Shown here: positions 30,612-40,400 of the stretch, piece by piece
Position numbering within the stretch: position 1 is the stretch's first letter
How the letters are laid out: the number at the start of each line of letters is the position of its first letter
Source of the DNA: an uncultured virus (IMG/VR IMGVR_UViG_2891407665_000020)
Taxonomy: Duplodnaviria; Heunggongvirae; Uroviricota; Caudoviricetes
Length of the DNA: 64,000 nucleotides
Direction: 5' to 3' (one strand)
IMG/VR virus record: IMGVR_UViG_2891407665_000020
The notes under the pieces: model-generated
Seen by the model: only the letters and a program-made list of their open reading frames with translations
Told to the model about the DNA's origin: nothing
The model's database searches: none
Made by a program: the position numbers and the translations under genes

Positions 30612-31256
30612 ATGTTGATTCAGAATACTTATGGGGCCGGTTACCAGCAGAATGGTACACGCCTTATTATCAGAGAAAACGAAACTAGAATCGAGAGAGG
30701 AATGTTCGCAGATGCAGGCTGGATTGAAAAGGTTGTTATTAAAAGCCCGTGTATCGAGATAGGGATGGGAGCCTTTCATGGATGCAGGAATCTGAAAGAG
30801 GTTGTTATAGAGGGGGAATGCAGCTCCATAGGCGTAGAAGCATTCAAAGGCTGCGTTGGACTAAGAAAGTTTAGTGCAAAGCAAGGGATTCAGAAGATTG
30901 GGTATGCTGCATTTCACGGCTGTATTTTGCTTGAGAGCCTGGAAGGAATAGACCGGGTAGAAAAGCTGGGTGCAATGTCATTCTACGGGTGTGTGAAGCT
31001 GGGGCCTGTGTTAACATTTAACAGTTGCAGGTCAATTGAGGAAGGAAGCTTTCTGGAGTGTGAAGATTTAGTGTGCTTAAGGATACCAGGGAGCTGTGAA
31101 TTTACAATTTCGGATGGCGCTTCATACGCATCTTATGATGTGATGCATGTGGACCCTGGGTGCACAGTAGAGCGCATAGAGGAGACATTTAGTAAGTTTA
31201 TGAATCCTCCCTTTGAAAGGCTCGTGGAATGCAAGGCATTCGGTGAGATGGGATGA
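30612..31256 (+). CDS. BspA-type leucine-rich repeat protein
   Basis: Repeated IGxxAFxGCxxL units. Confidence 0.8.
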   Translation: MLIQNTYGAGYQQNGTRLIIRENETRIERGMFADAGWIEKVVIKSPCIEIGMGAFHGCRNLKEVVIEGECSSIGVEAFKGCVGLRKFSAKQGIQKIGYAAFHGCILLESLEGIDRVEKLGAMSFYGCVKLGPVLTFNSCRSIEEGSFLECEDLVCLRIPGSCEFTISDGASYASYDVMHVDPGCTVERIEETFSKFMNPPFERLVECKAFGEMG

Positions 31257-32290
31257 GACAGTCTGGCTCTTTTTATAGAAAATTCAGTTATAGTAACCCC
31301 ATTGCGCTTTTTATGCTTGGGGCTCTTTTTATGCTAGCTGCAAACCTGCTTGGCTCGAAGGCGGTTGCGTTCCTTGGGATACTTATTATTGTAACAGGGG
31401 TATTCCTCATTGGTAATTTAGCGCTGAAGCGTGGGAGGAGGCGCCCTTTATCTGCATGGCAGCGACGGAAGCAGAGTGCATACTGTGGACGCCAGTACGG
31501 CAGGAATAGGACTGTCGCATACAGACACAAGCCACAGTACACTAATAGGGCGCATAGGAATGATACTGTTGCCGACTATGTAATAGCGCCAAGGAGACAG
31601 ACTGAGGGGTTGAGCCAGCCAGCGATGGTGAGGCAGCCTGAGGCAGAGAGAATGCGGGCAACGGACAGGGTTGTGTGCAGCGAGGGCACTAGCAAAACAA
31701 GGACAGTGGACAGGGAGTACGCATACTTCCAGATGCTGCTGGACAGGACAGTATACAATCTGGCAGATATGCAGAGAGTACGGCAGCTCGTTAATGCAGA
31801 TAAGTTTAAAGACTTTTATCGGTTCAGGTTAGAGCATATTATCGACGACCAGATAGAATACAATACTCTATTCTCAAGGGTGAACGGTTATGTGATTCCA
31901 CGCAATTACGTAACAAAGGCCTTTAGGACGCAGGACGGAATGGGAATGAATCTCGTCCTTTTTAATGGGGAGAAAGCTGTACTCCATTTTAAGAAAAATC
32001 TTTCAGAACGCGAGTTAGAGAACTTGATACTGTATCTAGGTGAGCTTTACCCTGATATGGAGTATCTGGAGAGTGGCGGAAGCGACTGGTATGTGAAGAA
32101 CGCGCGGAAGATGTTTAAGCAGGCCGTGTGGGAGAGCAAAGGCGCAGATTATGACGGAATCGACCGGATTATTGCGGGATGGGATATGGAGCATTTGCTC
32201 GGAAAAGTGGGTTATGATAGACGTCCTCCAAGTGAGGAGAGCTATGATAAATACAATAATGTAATAGAGTGCAGAGCATTCGGAAAGTGA
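31253..32290 (+). CDS. Hypothetical membrane protein
   Basis: Two N-terminal TM segments; ATGA overlap with the upstream gene. Confidence 0.65.
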   Translation: MRQSGSFYRKFSYSNPIALFMLGALFMLAANLLGSKAVAFLGILIIVTGVFLIGNLALKRGRRRPLSAWQRRKQSAYCGRQYGRNRTVAYRHKPQYTNRAHRNDTVADYVIAPRRQTEGLSQPAMVRQPEAERMRATDRVVCSEGTSKTRTVDREYAYFQMLLDRTVYNLADMQRVRQLVNADKFKDFYRFRLEHIIDDQIEYNTLFSRVNGYVIPRNYVTKAFRTQDGMGMNLVLFNGEKAVLHFKKNLSERELENLILYLGELYPDMEYLESGGSDWYVKNARKMFKQAVWESKGADYDGIDRIIAGWDMEHLLGKVGYDRRPPSEESYDKYNNVIECRAFGK

Positions 32291-32297
32291 GGATACC

Positions 32298-32648
32298 ATG
32301 AAAAGAAAAGTAGTAACAGCAGTAACAGTGACAGCGGCATTTTGCCTTATGGCTATGCCGGTATCGGCAAGCGGGGAAACTGTTTTTAGTGAGGATTCTG
32401 TTATAAGCAGCATGGCAGAGTCTATGGACACTGATGTATACCTTGGTGGTGAGACTGAGGTGGCTGACGTCCGGATTATGAATATTACAGTGTCGCCTAA
32501 AGCGACTATTTCTGCAACAGAAGATGGAAGTGAGAAGAACATCAGTGAGGCGGCTGGCGCGGAGACTGCAACGCTCCCAAAGACAGGAGATTTTTCTTTC
32601 TTCGAGAGGGTGAAGACGTTCCTCAGTAATCTCTTTTATGGGAAATGA
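32298..32648 (+). CDS. Small secreted protein with LPKTG motif
   Basis: Signal peptide; TLPKTGD near the C-terminus without a canonical TM anchor. Confidence 0.6.
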   Translation: MKRKVVTAVTVTAAFCLMAMPVSASGETVFSEDSVISSMAESMDTDVYLGGETEVADVRIMNITVSPKATISATEDGSEKNISEAAGAETATLPKTGDFSFFERVKTFLSNLFYGK

Positions 32649-33145
32649 TGCGGAGGCGTGTGATAGTTGTGGCAGTGGCATTAGCTTTAGGGCTAGCCGC
32701 TACCACAATGCTCAAGAAGAAAACCACAATTTATGATAATGGAATTGTGAGCATGGAAGTCAAGGATACTACACAGCTAGAGGATGGTATGCATGACGGC
32801 GGAAAGCTTACCGTGGAAAGCGGATGCTCTTTCTTGGAGATAAAGCAGAGCAGTATTCATGATGCAGAGGCATACTTAAAGAATGCGAGGGATGCTCTTG
32901 ATAAAGTGGGCGAAATTGATGATTTCCGGATACAGTACAGAGCCGGGAACCCAGTATTATACCAATCTGTGTTTTACTACAGACATGGCAGTATGCATGG
33001 AGAGTACCGGATGAAGATTTTAACCAATAGCGATAAGCAGATAATTGCTGTCGCATACTGTGCAGATGGTGATGATAGCGGTGAAGTTATAGGGTTATAC
33101 AATTCCATTAGAATGGCGGAAGGAGGTCTCGACATTGAAGATTAA
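32645..33145 (+). CDS. Hypothetical exported protein
   Basis: N-terminal hydrophobic helix; overlapping start/stop. Confidence 0.6.
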   Translation: MMRRRVIVVAVALALGLAATTMLKKKTTIYDNGIVSMEVKDTTQLEDGMHDGGKLTVESGCSFLEIKQSSIHDAEAYLKNARDALDKVGEIDDFRIQYRAGNPVLYQSVFYYRHGSMHGEYRMKILTNSDKQIIAVAYCADGDDSGEVIGLYNSIRMAEGGLDIED

Positions 33146-33773
33146 AAAAACACTCCTGGATTTCGTGGCAGGTGTATCTGCTAATCTAGCAATCCTGATA
33201 GTATTTATCCCTGTAGTGTTATTTATTGTCTATCAGTTACACCCATTCGCGGTATCCCTTAGCAGGGAACCATGCGGATTTTTGAGTACTACCGGTTATG
33301 ATTGTGTTGGATGCGGAGGTACGCGTGCAGTAAGGTACTTACTTAAAGGTGATGTAATAAACTCTTTTGTGAGTAATTGTTTCCCACTGCTTCTGTATGC
33401 AGCATCCGTAGTATACCTGGTGATAAATAGATACTGTGGCTCTGATGGAAGGGCTGTGTGTTCTGGGTGGAAGCTTTGCCTGTTTGTTATAAATGCTGTC
33501 TTTTTCCAGAAATTCTTAAAGAATTATGGGGTAACTGTGTCATGCCTGTCACTGGGAATGGCAATTTTGCCAGTCCTGGCGATTATTGAAGAATGCAGGG
33601 CTAAGCGCAGGACTATGCTGCTTATAGTGTGTTTGACTGCATTAGGCTTGGTTATGCTTGCAGATTCTTTTCTTTATGGGCAGCCTTATGAGTTTGCCAC
33701 AGTGTTGGCAATGTGCATAGTGAACCTTATTATTCTGGTACTTGTAACTCTGTTAGCACTCCTGTATAGGTGA
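33135..33773 (+). CDS. DUF2752-like membrane protein
   Basis: PCGFLSTTGYDCVGCGGTRA...LLKGD; multiple TM helices. Confidence 0.7.
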   Translation: MKIKKTLLDFVAGVSANLAILIVFIPVVLFIVYQLHPFAVSLSREPCGFLSTTGYDCVGCGGTRAVRYLLKGDVINSFVSNCFPLLLYAASVVYLVINRYCGSDGRAVCSGWKLCLFVINAVFFQKFLKNYGVTVSCLSLGMAILPVLAIIEECRAKRRTMLLIVCLTALGLVMLADSFLYGQPYEFATVLAMCIVNLIILVLVTLLALLYR

Positions 33774-34471
33774 TGTTTATGTTTGCGTATAACAAATATT
33801 GCGATGCAGTAGATTTAACAGGGAATGAGCCGCTTGGGGTATTAAATGTAATAAAGACCCGGAGACTATGCAGGGAAAATAAAAAGCTTTTAAATTTCAT
33901 TCTAGAACACAGAGGTTCTACCGTTTTGCATGTGCTGTGTTCAGGCCTTGGCGGAACTGCGTTTGAGCCGGGCATCCCGCCGATGGGTGAGACAATTGCG
34001 ACGGTAGAGGCATTAGTGGACGCTGGGTTCTCACCGTACCATGTTGTACTGTGTTTAGCCCCGATACTTATGAACAGTAAGGGCTGGGAGTGGGTTAGGC
34101 GGACGCTTGACAGCTTCCAGGATACAGGGATTATGCGTGTCCGGTACAGTATGCTCAGGATGGATGCCGATAAGGAAGAAAGATTCCGCCAGAGGTTCAG
34201 GAGAGTACCGCTAATTGAGATGAACCAGGATAGGGCGTCGGAAGAGTTGCATAGGGTTCTTGAGGACTTTAGCATTTACACCTTCGAACCAACGTATGGG
34301 GAACAAAGAGTACCTGTAGTGAGTATAAAGGACCTGCATGTGATTGGAATCCGCTCCAGCGGGATAATAACAGACGAGAGAGGGAGTCTCCCATACCGTG
34401 TCATAGGCGGGAAAGGGAAGCAGTGTGTAGCAAATTGCGTTTATTGTGAGGAGGGCTGTTTTGATGATTAG
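33770..34471 (+). CDS. Hypothetical protein, DUF1848/radical-SAM-like (degenerate)
   Basis: LHVLCSGLGGTAFEPGIP and C-terminal CxxxCxYC. Confidence 0.45.
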   Translation: MMFMFAYNKYCDAVDLTGNEPLGVLNVIKTRRLCRENKKLLNFILEHRGSTVLHVLCSGLGGTAFEPGIPPMGETIATVEALVDAGFSPYHVVLCLAPILMNSKGWEWVRRTLDSFQDTGIMRVRYSMLRMDADKEERFRQRFRRVPLIEMNQDRASEELHRVLEDFSIYTFEPTYGEQRVPVVSIKDLHVIGIRSSGIITDERGSLPYRVIGGKGKQCVANCVYCEEGCFDD

Positions 34472-35228
34472 AGATAGCGTAAGGCTGAGTGTATCTTTTG
34501 CTGTAATGATTGGCGCAGTTCTCCTTGTATTTTTTTACCATGGGAGAACGAGCAATTCTTATGAGAGGGATGACCGTATTATCACGGCAGAGGCGGAGTT
34601 CCTCGGAGATATGCTTAAGGAGAAGAGGACGATGGCAGTGACACAGCTGAGTATGCTCAATCAGAGCATCGACAGTATGCTAGGGCAGCTGCTTGATGAC
34701 AACGGTGACACAGACTTAATCCAGTGGATTTATTCAGATATTGAGATTGAGAAACTGCGTGGCCAGGATGCATACTGCGTTACTGTTTCTTATAAGGAGA
34801 ATGATGCACAGGAATTATTTGTAGATAATGCAATTCCTGTGATTATTAAGGACGCTGGCATTTTATCTTCGAATGATGATAGTACAAAGGTACAGAAAAT
34901 TTGCGAATACTTAAAAGATAATTACAGCTACGATAGCAGCCTGGAGTGTGACACAGTGTATCGGCTACTAGAAGAGAAAAAGTTTACATGTCAGTCGATT
35001 AGTATTTTGATTTACAAGATACTAAGGAGGATTGGCGTGAAATGCAGGATTGCGGCTGGATACTACCGTAGCAGCCCGCACGGCTGGGTACAGGTATTGA
35101 AAGAAAGGAAATGGAGGAATTTAGACTTTACGGCATGGGCGGACACAGGAGAGTTTTTCCTTGTCACCGATAAGGAGAACTATGGGCACACCCTTGCAGA
35201 ACAGTATCAATTCCGTGTGTGTAGATAG
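34464..35228 (+). CDS. Membrane-anchored transglutaminase-like protein
   Basis: N-terminal TM; FTCQSIS...HGWVQV...NLDFT Cys-His-Asp triad. Confidence 0.75.
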   Translation: MIRDSVRLSVSFAVMIGAVLLVFFYHGRTSNSYERDDRIITAEAEFLGDMLKEKRTMAVTQLSMLNQSIDSMLGQLLDDNGDTDLIQWIYSDIEIEKLRGQDAYCVTVSYKENDAQELFVDNAIPVIIKDAGILSSNDDSTKVQKICEYLKDNYSYDSSLECDTVYRLLEEKKFTCQSISILIYKILRRIGVKCRIAAGYYRSSPHGWVQVLKERKWRNLDFTAWADTGEFFLVTDKENYGHTLAEQYQFRVCR

Positions 35229-35239
35229 AGGAGGTTATT

Positions 35240-36028
35240 ATGGATTTGTTGAAAACTGTATACAAAGTTGCCGTGTTTCATGAGGACTATTTTATTATCT
35301 CGTGCGTGTTTTATTTGTTTCTTGCTATGCTTGTGGTTTCTGCATTTAGCACCTACAGGCAGAGAAATAAAGTGGTTAAGGAGGACGGGAGTCTTTCGGA
35401 AAATGGCTTGAAGAGACTGAAAGTGGCTCTGGCTAAAGATGATATAGAATGGGAACTGGAAGAGAAGAGGGCATACGTAAGGGAGCTATCAGATGGGTCA
35501 TTGAGTGTAGGCAGCAGTGTTGAACAGGATGGTGACGCTGATGGGATTAGTGAAGAGATGAGTATAGGGGCGGGTATAGAGGAGACTGTAGAGGCATCCG
35601 ATGAAGCGCCGGAGGAGCCTGAGTTTGAGGATTCCGATGAAGCGCCGGAGGAACCTGAGTTTGAGGATTCCGATGATTTCCTCCAGATACGTTATGTTTC
35701 CGCCGATGTGCAGTCGATTGATTTTAATGATGCAGGGGAGGCAAAGGTATTCCCTTACCAGGTTGCGGTTAATGGGACTGTTATAGGGAAAGGAAAGGAT
35801 GTACCATTTAGCAAAGGCGATGTAATTGAAGTGAATACTGGCGTAAAGCTAAAGGTTCCGCATGGGGCAAGCGTGGAGGCGTATGGCTGGGAATGGGACA
35901 ACAGGCTCACGCCTACTAAGATGCCATGCATTGGGGATGACGGGATACTCCACGTTATTTTCGAATGGCAGGCAACAACGGATGGGACTGCCAACTGTGA
36001 CAGGTGTATAGGAATGATTAAATTATAA
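35240..36028 (+). CDS. Membrane-anchored acidic protein with a weak dUTPase-like C-terminal segment
   Basis: TM helix; acidic linker; VNTGVKLKVPHG. Confidence 0.55.
   Translation: MDLLKTVYKVAVFHEDYFIISCVFYLFLAMLVVSAFSTYRQRNKVVKEDGSLSENGLKRLKVALAKDDIEWELEEKRAYVRELSDGSLSVGSSVEQDGDADGISEEMSIGAGIEETVEASDEAPEEPEFEDSDEAPEEPEFEDSDDFLQIRYVSADVQSIDFNDAGEAKVFPYQVAVNGTVIGKGKDVPFSKGDVIEVNTGVKLKVPHGASVEAYGWEWDNRLTPTKMPCIGDDGILHVIFEWQATTDGTANCDRCIGMIKL
35597..35676 (+). repeat. 36-bp tandem duplication (SDEAPEEPEFED x2)
   Basis: TCCGATGAAGCGCCGGAGGA(G/A)CCTGAGTTTGAGGAT twice, plus a partial third copy. Confidence 0.9.
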
Positions 36029-36036
36029 TTGTAGTG

Positions 36037-36069
36037 CATTTGTGTGTCAAAGCGCAGATGCATTTTTTT
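36037..36069 (+). terminator. Terminator-like hairpin
   Basis: TGCATTTGTG...CGCAGATGCA then TTTTTTT. Confidence 0.55.
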
Positions 36070-36084
36070 ATGTGAGGTAAAGCT

Positions 36085-36510
36085 ATGTTTTATCAACGGA
36101 ATGGATGTAAATTTATTTATGTTGTCACTGGGAATGCGTATAGTTTAGAAGAGCTGGAACTCGCTGTCAGCCGTATTTGCTCAAGCGCTATGATTGAATG
36201 GACAATAAAGATGGAAAGCCTGGCGTCTAGAGGTAAAGCCTCCGCCATGCGCATTATAACCGATTCTAAGGGTTTGCCTTCTGCATTATTCTTACGGCTT
36301 TGCCCGACTGACTTGTATGCCGCACTGACTTACCGTGTGGGCGGGGACACAATAGCAATGGTAAAATACGCAGGAGTACAGACGTTCAGCAAGGGCGAGG
36401 ATGCATCCGACGCCTATGATAGTTTTGTACGTGAAGAGGCCCGGTATCTGTACGCCCCCGGGGAATATGGCATACCAGATGACATTTGCGATAATTATTA
36501 TCACAGTTAA
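36085..36510 (+). CDS. Hypothetical protein
   Basis: GAGG RBS, 141 aa. Confidence 0.6.
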   Translation: MFYQRNGCKFIYVVTGNAYSLEELELAVSRICSSAMIEWTIKMESLASRGKASAMRIITDSKGLPSALFLRLCPTDLYAALTYRVGGDTIAMVKYAGVQTFSKGEDASDAYDSFVREEARYLYAPGEYGIPDDICDNYYHS

Positions 36511-36524
36511 TAGGAGGGCATGTT

Positions 36525-37385
36525 ATGCGTTATCGAATGCCAAGAGTAGCAGCTACGGGTGTTGTGGTGTGTATTGGCGCCGCTAGTTTCCTTGATTCTG
36601 GGGATACGTGTAGCTTGCTGCAGAATAAATTTAATGTTTATGCTGATAAAGCTTCTGTGGCAGAGCAGACGGTGGACCGTTTTGTAAAGGACGTAGCGAT
36701 ACGCGACATGCGGATTGAAGCAGAACTGCAGGGAATCAGGGAGCAAAAGAAAAAGGAGCAGGATTCAGCGGAGAGCAAGGAAAGGAAGCTTAAGGAGATA
36801 AGGAAGAAGCAGAGGAAAGCTTTAGACTCCAACGGTTACTATAAAAAGTATAAACAGAAGAAAAAGGCAAATGCCGATACTGTGGGATGGCTTAGCATCA
36901 GCAATACGAGTATTGATTACCCTGTTATGTATGCAGAAAACGACTTCTATCTAAACCATAATTCTGATAAAGAAGAGGACAGTAATGGCGCCATCTACCT
37001 TAGCGGCAATCAGGGTAACTGGGGCAAGGTCAATTTAGTGAACGGGCATAATATGAAATCAGGCAAGATGTTTGGACCGCTGGATAAGTTTAAGGATGAG
37101 GATTATTGTACGGCTCACAGGGATGTTGTGCTTGCGCGCAAAGGCGAGGTAGGGCTGTATAGGGTATTCTCAGTTTTCCTGGCAGATGCGCGGAACGAGC
37201 CAGTATCTTTTAGCGAAGAAAAGGAAGGACAGAAGTACCAGGATTTTTTAAGGACTCTTAGCAACCGGTCGCTCTTTAACCTTGATTATGATGCTGAGGC
37301 TGATGATATTATTATTTTGAACACATGCTCTTATGAGTATTCGGAAGCGCACCTGCTAGTCTGCGCTTATAAATTAAGTGAATAG
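36525..37385 (+). CDS. srtB: Class B sortase
   Basis: GWLSISNTSIDYPVM, NDFYLNH, GHNMKSGKMFG, LNTC catalytic motif. Confidence 0.85.
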   Translation: MRYRMPRVAATGVVVCIGAASFLDSGDTCSLLQNKFNVYADKASVAEQTVDRFVKDVAIRDMRIEAELQGIREQKKKEQDSAESKERKLKEIRKKQRKALDSNGYYKKYKQKKKANADTVGWLSISNTSIDYPVMYAENDFYLNHNSDKEEDSNGAIYLSGNQGNWGKVNLVNGHNMKSGKMFGPLDKFKDEDYCTAHRDVVLARKGEVGLYRVFSVFLADARNEPVSFSEEKEGQKYQDFLRTLSNRSLFNLDYDAEADDIIILNTCSYEYSEAHLLVCAYKLSE

Positions 37386-38622
37386 GAGTAAATTTATGAC
37401 ACTAGAAGATATGAGGGCATCTGATAGGTATGCCGACCTTTTTATACTCGCCAGATACTTTTACCGTATTGGCGAGCCAATTATGGATGATTATGAATAC
37501 GAAGAGTTATTGCTTAATGTAAGGAAGTGCTGCAGCCAGCAGATATCTGATTATCTGGACAGGACTTATGATGATGACCCGATACCATTAAAGCTGCTGA
37601 ATGAGATTGGCGTGGAGCCGATAAGCATTAAGCACGATGACAGCCGGGAAAGGCTGTTCCAGTATTTAAACTCAGAGAAGTCACTAAGCATCGATTCAGT
37701 AACTTCTTATGGGGAGGCTTATACTTTCTTTAGCAAGTACCGGGAAGAGAAGAAAGACCTGATGGTTTCTCTGAAGATGGATGGGGATAATGTGAAAACT
37801 TTATACCTGGACGGGAATCTTGAGCTTTCACTTTCACGCGGGCGTAATGCGGGAATTTCCTTTGACTTTACGGATACGGTTAAACGTGTGTTCCCCAATA
37901 GCATCATGAGCGTACCGCATGAATTGCGCATCTATGCAGAAGCATACGTGGAAGAGGATTACTTGGAGACTCTCCGTAGAAAATACAACCCCAATGGGTA
38001 TAAAACTTGCAAATCTGCAGCTATCTCCCTGCTGAGGGTACAGCATTCCAAGGAGGACTATGAGCATCTGCGTATCATAGTACATGGAATAGACGGCCTT
38101 GGAAGCAGTGTTTCTGAGGATTTCCAGGAAGCCGAGCAGAAAGGATTTAGCGTAGTCGAGCATAAACTTGTGCCATGGGAGGATATTCCAGTGGATAAAA
38201 CACAGTTCCGGGAATGGCTGAAGCGGGAGGTCTTTGATTATTTTGAGCAAAAGACAGATGGCGTCCCAAGTGATGGGATTGTTGTCGAAGTAAATGATAA
38301 AACTTATACAGGGATAACCGCAGGGCAGTATTCGAGCAGGCAGTTAGCTTTAAAGTTTGAACAATGGGCCTTTAAGGTGTACAAGGGGATTATAGAGGAT
38401 ATTATCTGGGAGCAGAAACGAGTTTTAGCATCCTGCCGTATACGGATAAAACCGATGCGTACCGATGACGGGTGCTCAGCAAACTGGATTAATGCATTCA
38501 ATTTTTCAATTGTTGTCAATGAAGGACTGGATAAAGGGAGTGAAGTGTACTATGTAAGGAACAGCGGCGCGGTGAATGTTCTAGTGTATGGGGTGGAATT
38601 GGACAGACTGCTTGGGAGGTGA
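37378..38622 (+). CDS. ligA: NAD-dependent DNA ligase, N-terminal half (domain Ia, adenylation domain, OB fold)
   Basis: YFYRIGEPIMDDYEYEEL (Ia), SLKMDG (motif I), SRG, YAEAY (III), DGIVVEV (IV), LALKF (V); no zinc finger, HhH or BRCT. Confidence 0.8.
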   Translation: MNRSKFMTLEDMRASDRYADLFILARYFYRIGEPIMDDYEYEELLLNVRKCCSQQISDYLDRTYDDDPIPLKLLNEIGVEPISIKHDDSRERLFQYLNSEKSLSIDSVTSYGEAYTFFSKYREEKKDLMVSLKMDGDNVKTLYLDGNLELSLSRGRNAGISFDFTDTVKRVFPNSIMSVPHELRIYAEAYVEEDYLETLRRKYNPNGYKTCKSAAISLLRVQHSKEDYEHLRIIVHGIDGLGSSVSEDFQEAEQKGFSVVEHKLVPWEDIPVDKTQFREWLKREVFDYFEQKTDGVPSDGIVVEVNDKTYTGITAGQYSSRQLALKFEQWAFKVYKGIIEDIIWEQKRVLASCRIRIKPMRTDDGCSANWINAFNFSIVVNEGLDKGSEVYYVRNSGAVNVLVYGVELDRLLGR

Positions 38623-39740
38623 GCGCTATGGAGCAGATTGATAATTTGATTGCTGAATTGAATGGGCTTTCTGTACATAATCCATTATACTTGCTTAAGA
38701 TTAATACTTTGATAAGCTTACTGCGGCAGGAGTCTGAGTCCAAGAACGCAAGGGCTAGCTACTACCGTAAAATCCTTATGTATCACAGGAATAAATACAA
38801 AGATCTGAAATTTTCTGTGATAGATATTGTGAACCGTGTAATCCGGCAGTACTCGGAATCTGCTTCCTCATTAGACTTGCCACTGAATGAGTACTTCGAG
38901 TGCCGCAAGCAGCTGTGCATTGCTTACAAGAAATTGTATGTAGAAGAGATGGACACACCTGAAACAGTCCGTAAGTTTCTAGCAGAGAAGCTCCAGGCAA
39001 TAAATGGACTTGCTTGCGACAACCAGAAGTTTTGGGACGATAACTTTTATCTCACTATTTTCGTAAGTGAGGCTAAGCGGTGCGGGTTACTGCAGATGGA
39101 TGTATGCAAGAATGAGCTGTCAAGATTCATACAGCTAAAAAAGCTTGCAATCAAGTTTAAATGCGAAATGTTCAATAGCATAGATCAAGACCTCATGAAG
39201 TGCTTTGGTGATAATGTTGTTATTTATGACCAGCTTGATGTTGAGAAGTTAAAAGCCTTGTACTGCTTTGTTACTGGCAACCCAATGACAGCGGCCGTTA
39301 ATAGCTTTATGGAAAAGATTTACTCGGAAGACAACCCATTGCGAATCAGGGCAGACGGGAGGGACAATGTCATTATTAATTTCATGTCCTATGTACATGG
39401 GATGGAGTTACCAGAGAATAATGTGCATCTTGTAAATTGCATTTATAATGATGAGCGTGTAATAGAGTATCTCCCGGCGCAGACAAAAAACAGGATAAGG
39501 TTTTTCCTTTATAATACGCTAAAGGCTGTGAGTGATGAAGCACTACAGTCTTTCGTAATGAATTATGTGCACGGCCAGGTTATGGAGACAGGTGGCAATA
39601 CTGCTGATATTTTCCGGAAATGCCTGGGCGGCGATGAAGTATTTGCGGAGAGCCTTGAGACTATTATTGCCAGGGTTGACAGTGTTTTAAAAAAGAGGAG
39701 GGGTATGAATGGGCATGTTACGAGTGAGGAGAAAGGATAA
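38619..39740 (+). CDS. Hypothetical protein
   Basis: 373-aa ORF, GTGA overlap, GGGAG RBS. Confidence 0.7.
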   Translation: MSAMEQIDNLIAELNGLSVHNPLYLLKINTLISLLRQESESKNARASYYRKILMYHRNKYKDLKFSVIDIVNRVIRQYSESASSLDLPLNEYFECRKQLCIAYKKLYVEEMDTPETVRKFLAEKLQAINGLACDNQKFWDDNFYLTIFVSEAKRCGLLQMDVCKNELSRFIQLKKLAIKFKCEMFNSIDQDLMKCFGDNVVIYDQLDVEKLKALYCFVTGNPMTAAVNSFMEKIYSEDNPLRIRADGRDNVIINFMSYVHGMELPENNVHLVNCIYNDERVIEYLPAQTKNRIRFFLYNTLKAVSDEALQSFVMNYVHGQVMETGGNTADIFRKCLGGDEVFAESLETIIARVDSVLKKRRGMNGHVTSEEKG

Positions 39741-39909
39741 ACGTGAAATCCCAATCACCCAGATTGACGAGGTTGAGAGCATTCAGATATTTAGCACGTT
39801 GACAAGGGAAGGTGATAGAGAGCACGGTATGGGTGATAGCCATGGAGACTGTGCAGAGATTGGTACTATGAATTTGTTCGGGGGTGGTGATAATGACCGT
39901 GTTACTTAA
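39709..39909 (+). CDS. Small hypothetical protein
   Basis: Fills the gap between genes, start uncertain. Confidence 0.45.
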   Translation: MGMLRVRRKDKREIPITQIDEVESIQIFSTLTREGDREHGMGDSHGDCAEIGTMNLFGGGDNDRVT

Positions 39910-40165
39910 TAGTAATGGCGCTACATACAGGGTAGAGGGAGAGCCTGATATTTATGTTAAGGATACTGATTTCCAGCGCATAGTAAACTCCCCGGCCGTT
40001 GTGCGTTGTATTCTGGAGAGGCTGGGGAAGCCAGCTGTCATCATCGAGAATTTAGGAAACGAAGTAGCAAACGGTGTTTATGATAATTACATTCCTATGG
40101 AAAACGAGGAGTTGGCGATGGAATATGGTGAAAATAGGGGGCTTGGTTTTTATGCAAAAATTTGA
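39884..40165 (+). CDS. Small hypothetical protein
   Basis: 93-aa ORF overlapping its neighbours. Confidence 0.55.
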   Translation: MVIMTVLLNSNGATYRVEGEPDIYVKDTDFQRIVNSPAVVRCILERLGKPAVIIENLGNEVANGVYDNYIPMENEELAMEYGENRGLGFYAKI

Positions 40166-40400
40166 TGATCTGGCTAGTGTATTTCAGAACACCACCCAGC
40201 AGAAGCCTGATGAGCAGTTAATACTGCTATGCCGTGTAGGTAAGATGTATGAACTTCCAATCGAGAAAGTAGCAGCTGCCTATAAGTGGATGCTTCTTCA
40301 TGGGGATTATGGGGAGGATTACAGGTTACTGCGAAGTGGCATGTCAGACCTCTATGGCGCTGATTTTATAGAGAGGATGGAGGAGAAATATGGGAAGTGA
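40152..40400 (+). CDS. Small hypothetical protein upstream of the RNA polymerase gene
   Basis: MQKFDDLASVF..., AGGGG RBS, overlaps the RNAP start. Confidence 0.55.
   Translation: MQKFDDLASVFQNTTQQKPDEQLILLCRVGKMYELPIEKVAAAYKWMLLHGDYGEDYRLLRSGMSDLYGADFIERMEEKYGK

Noticed and set aside
35240..36028. Active dUTPase
   Set aside because: Only one weak motif; the other conserved dUTPase motifs are not seen.
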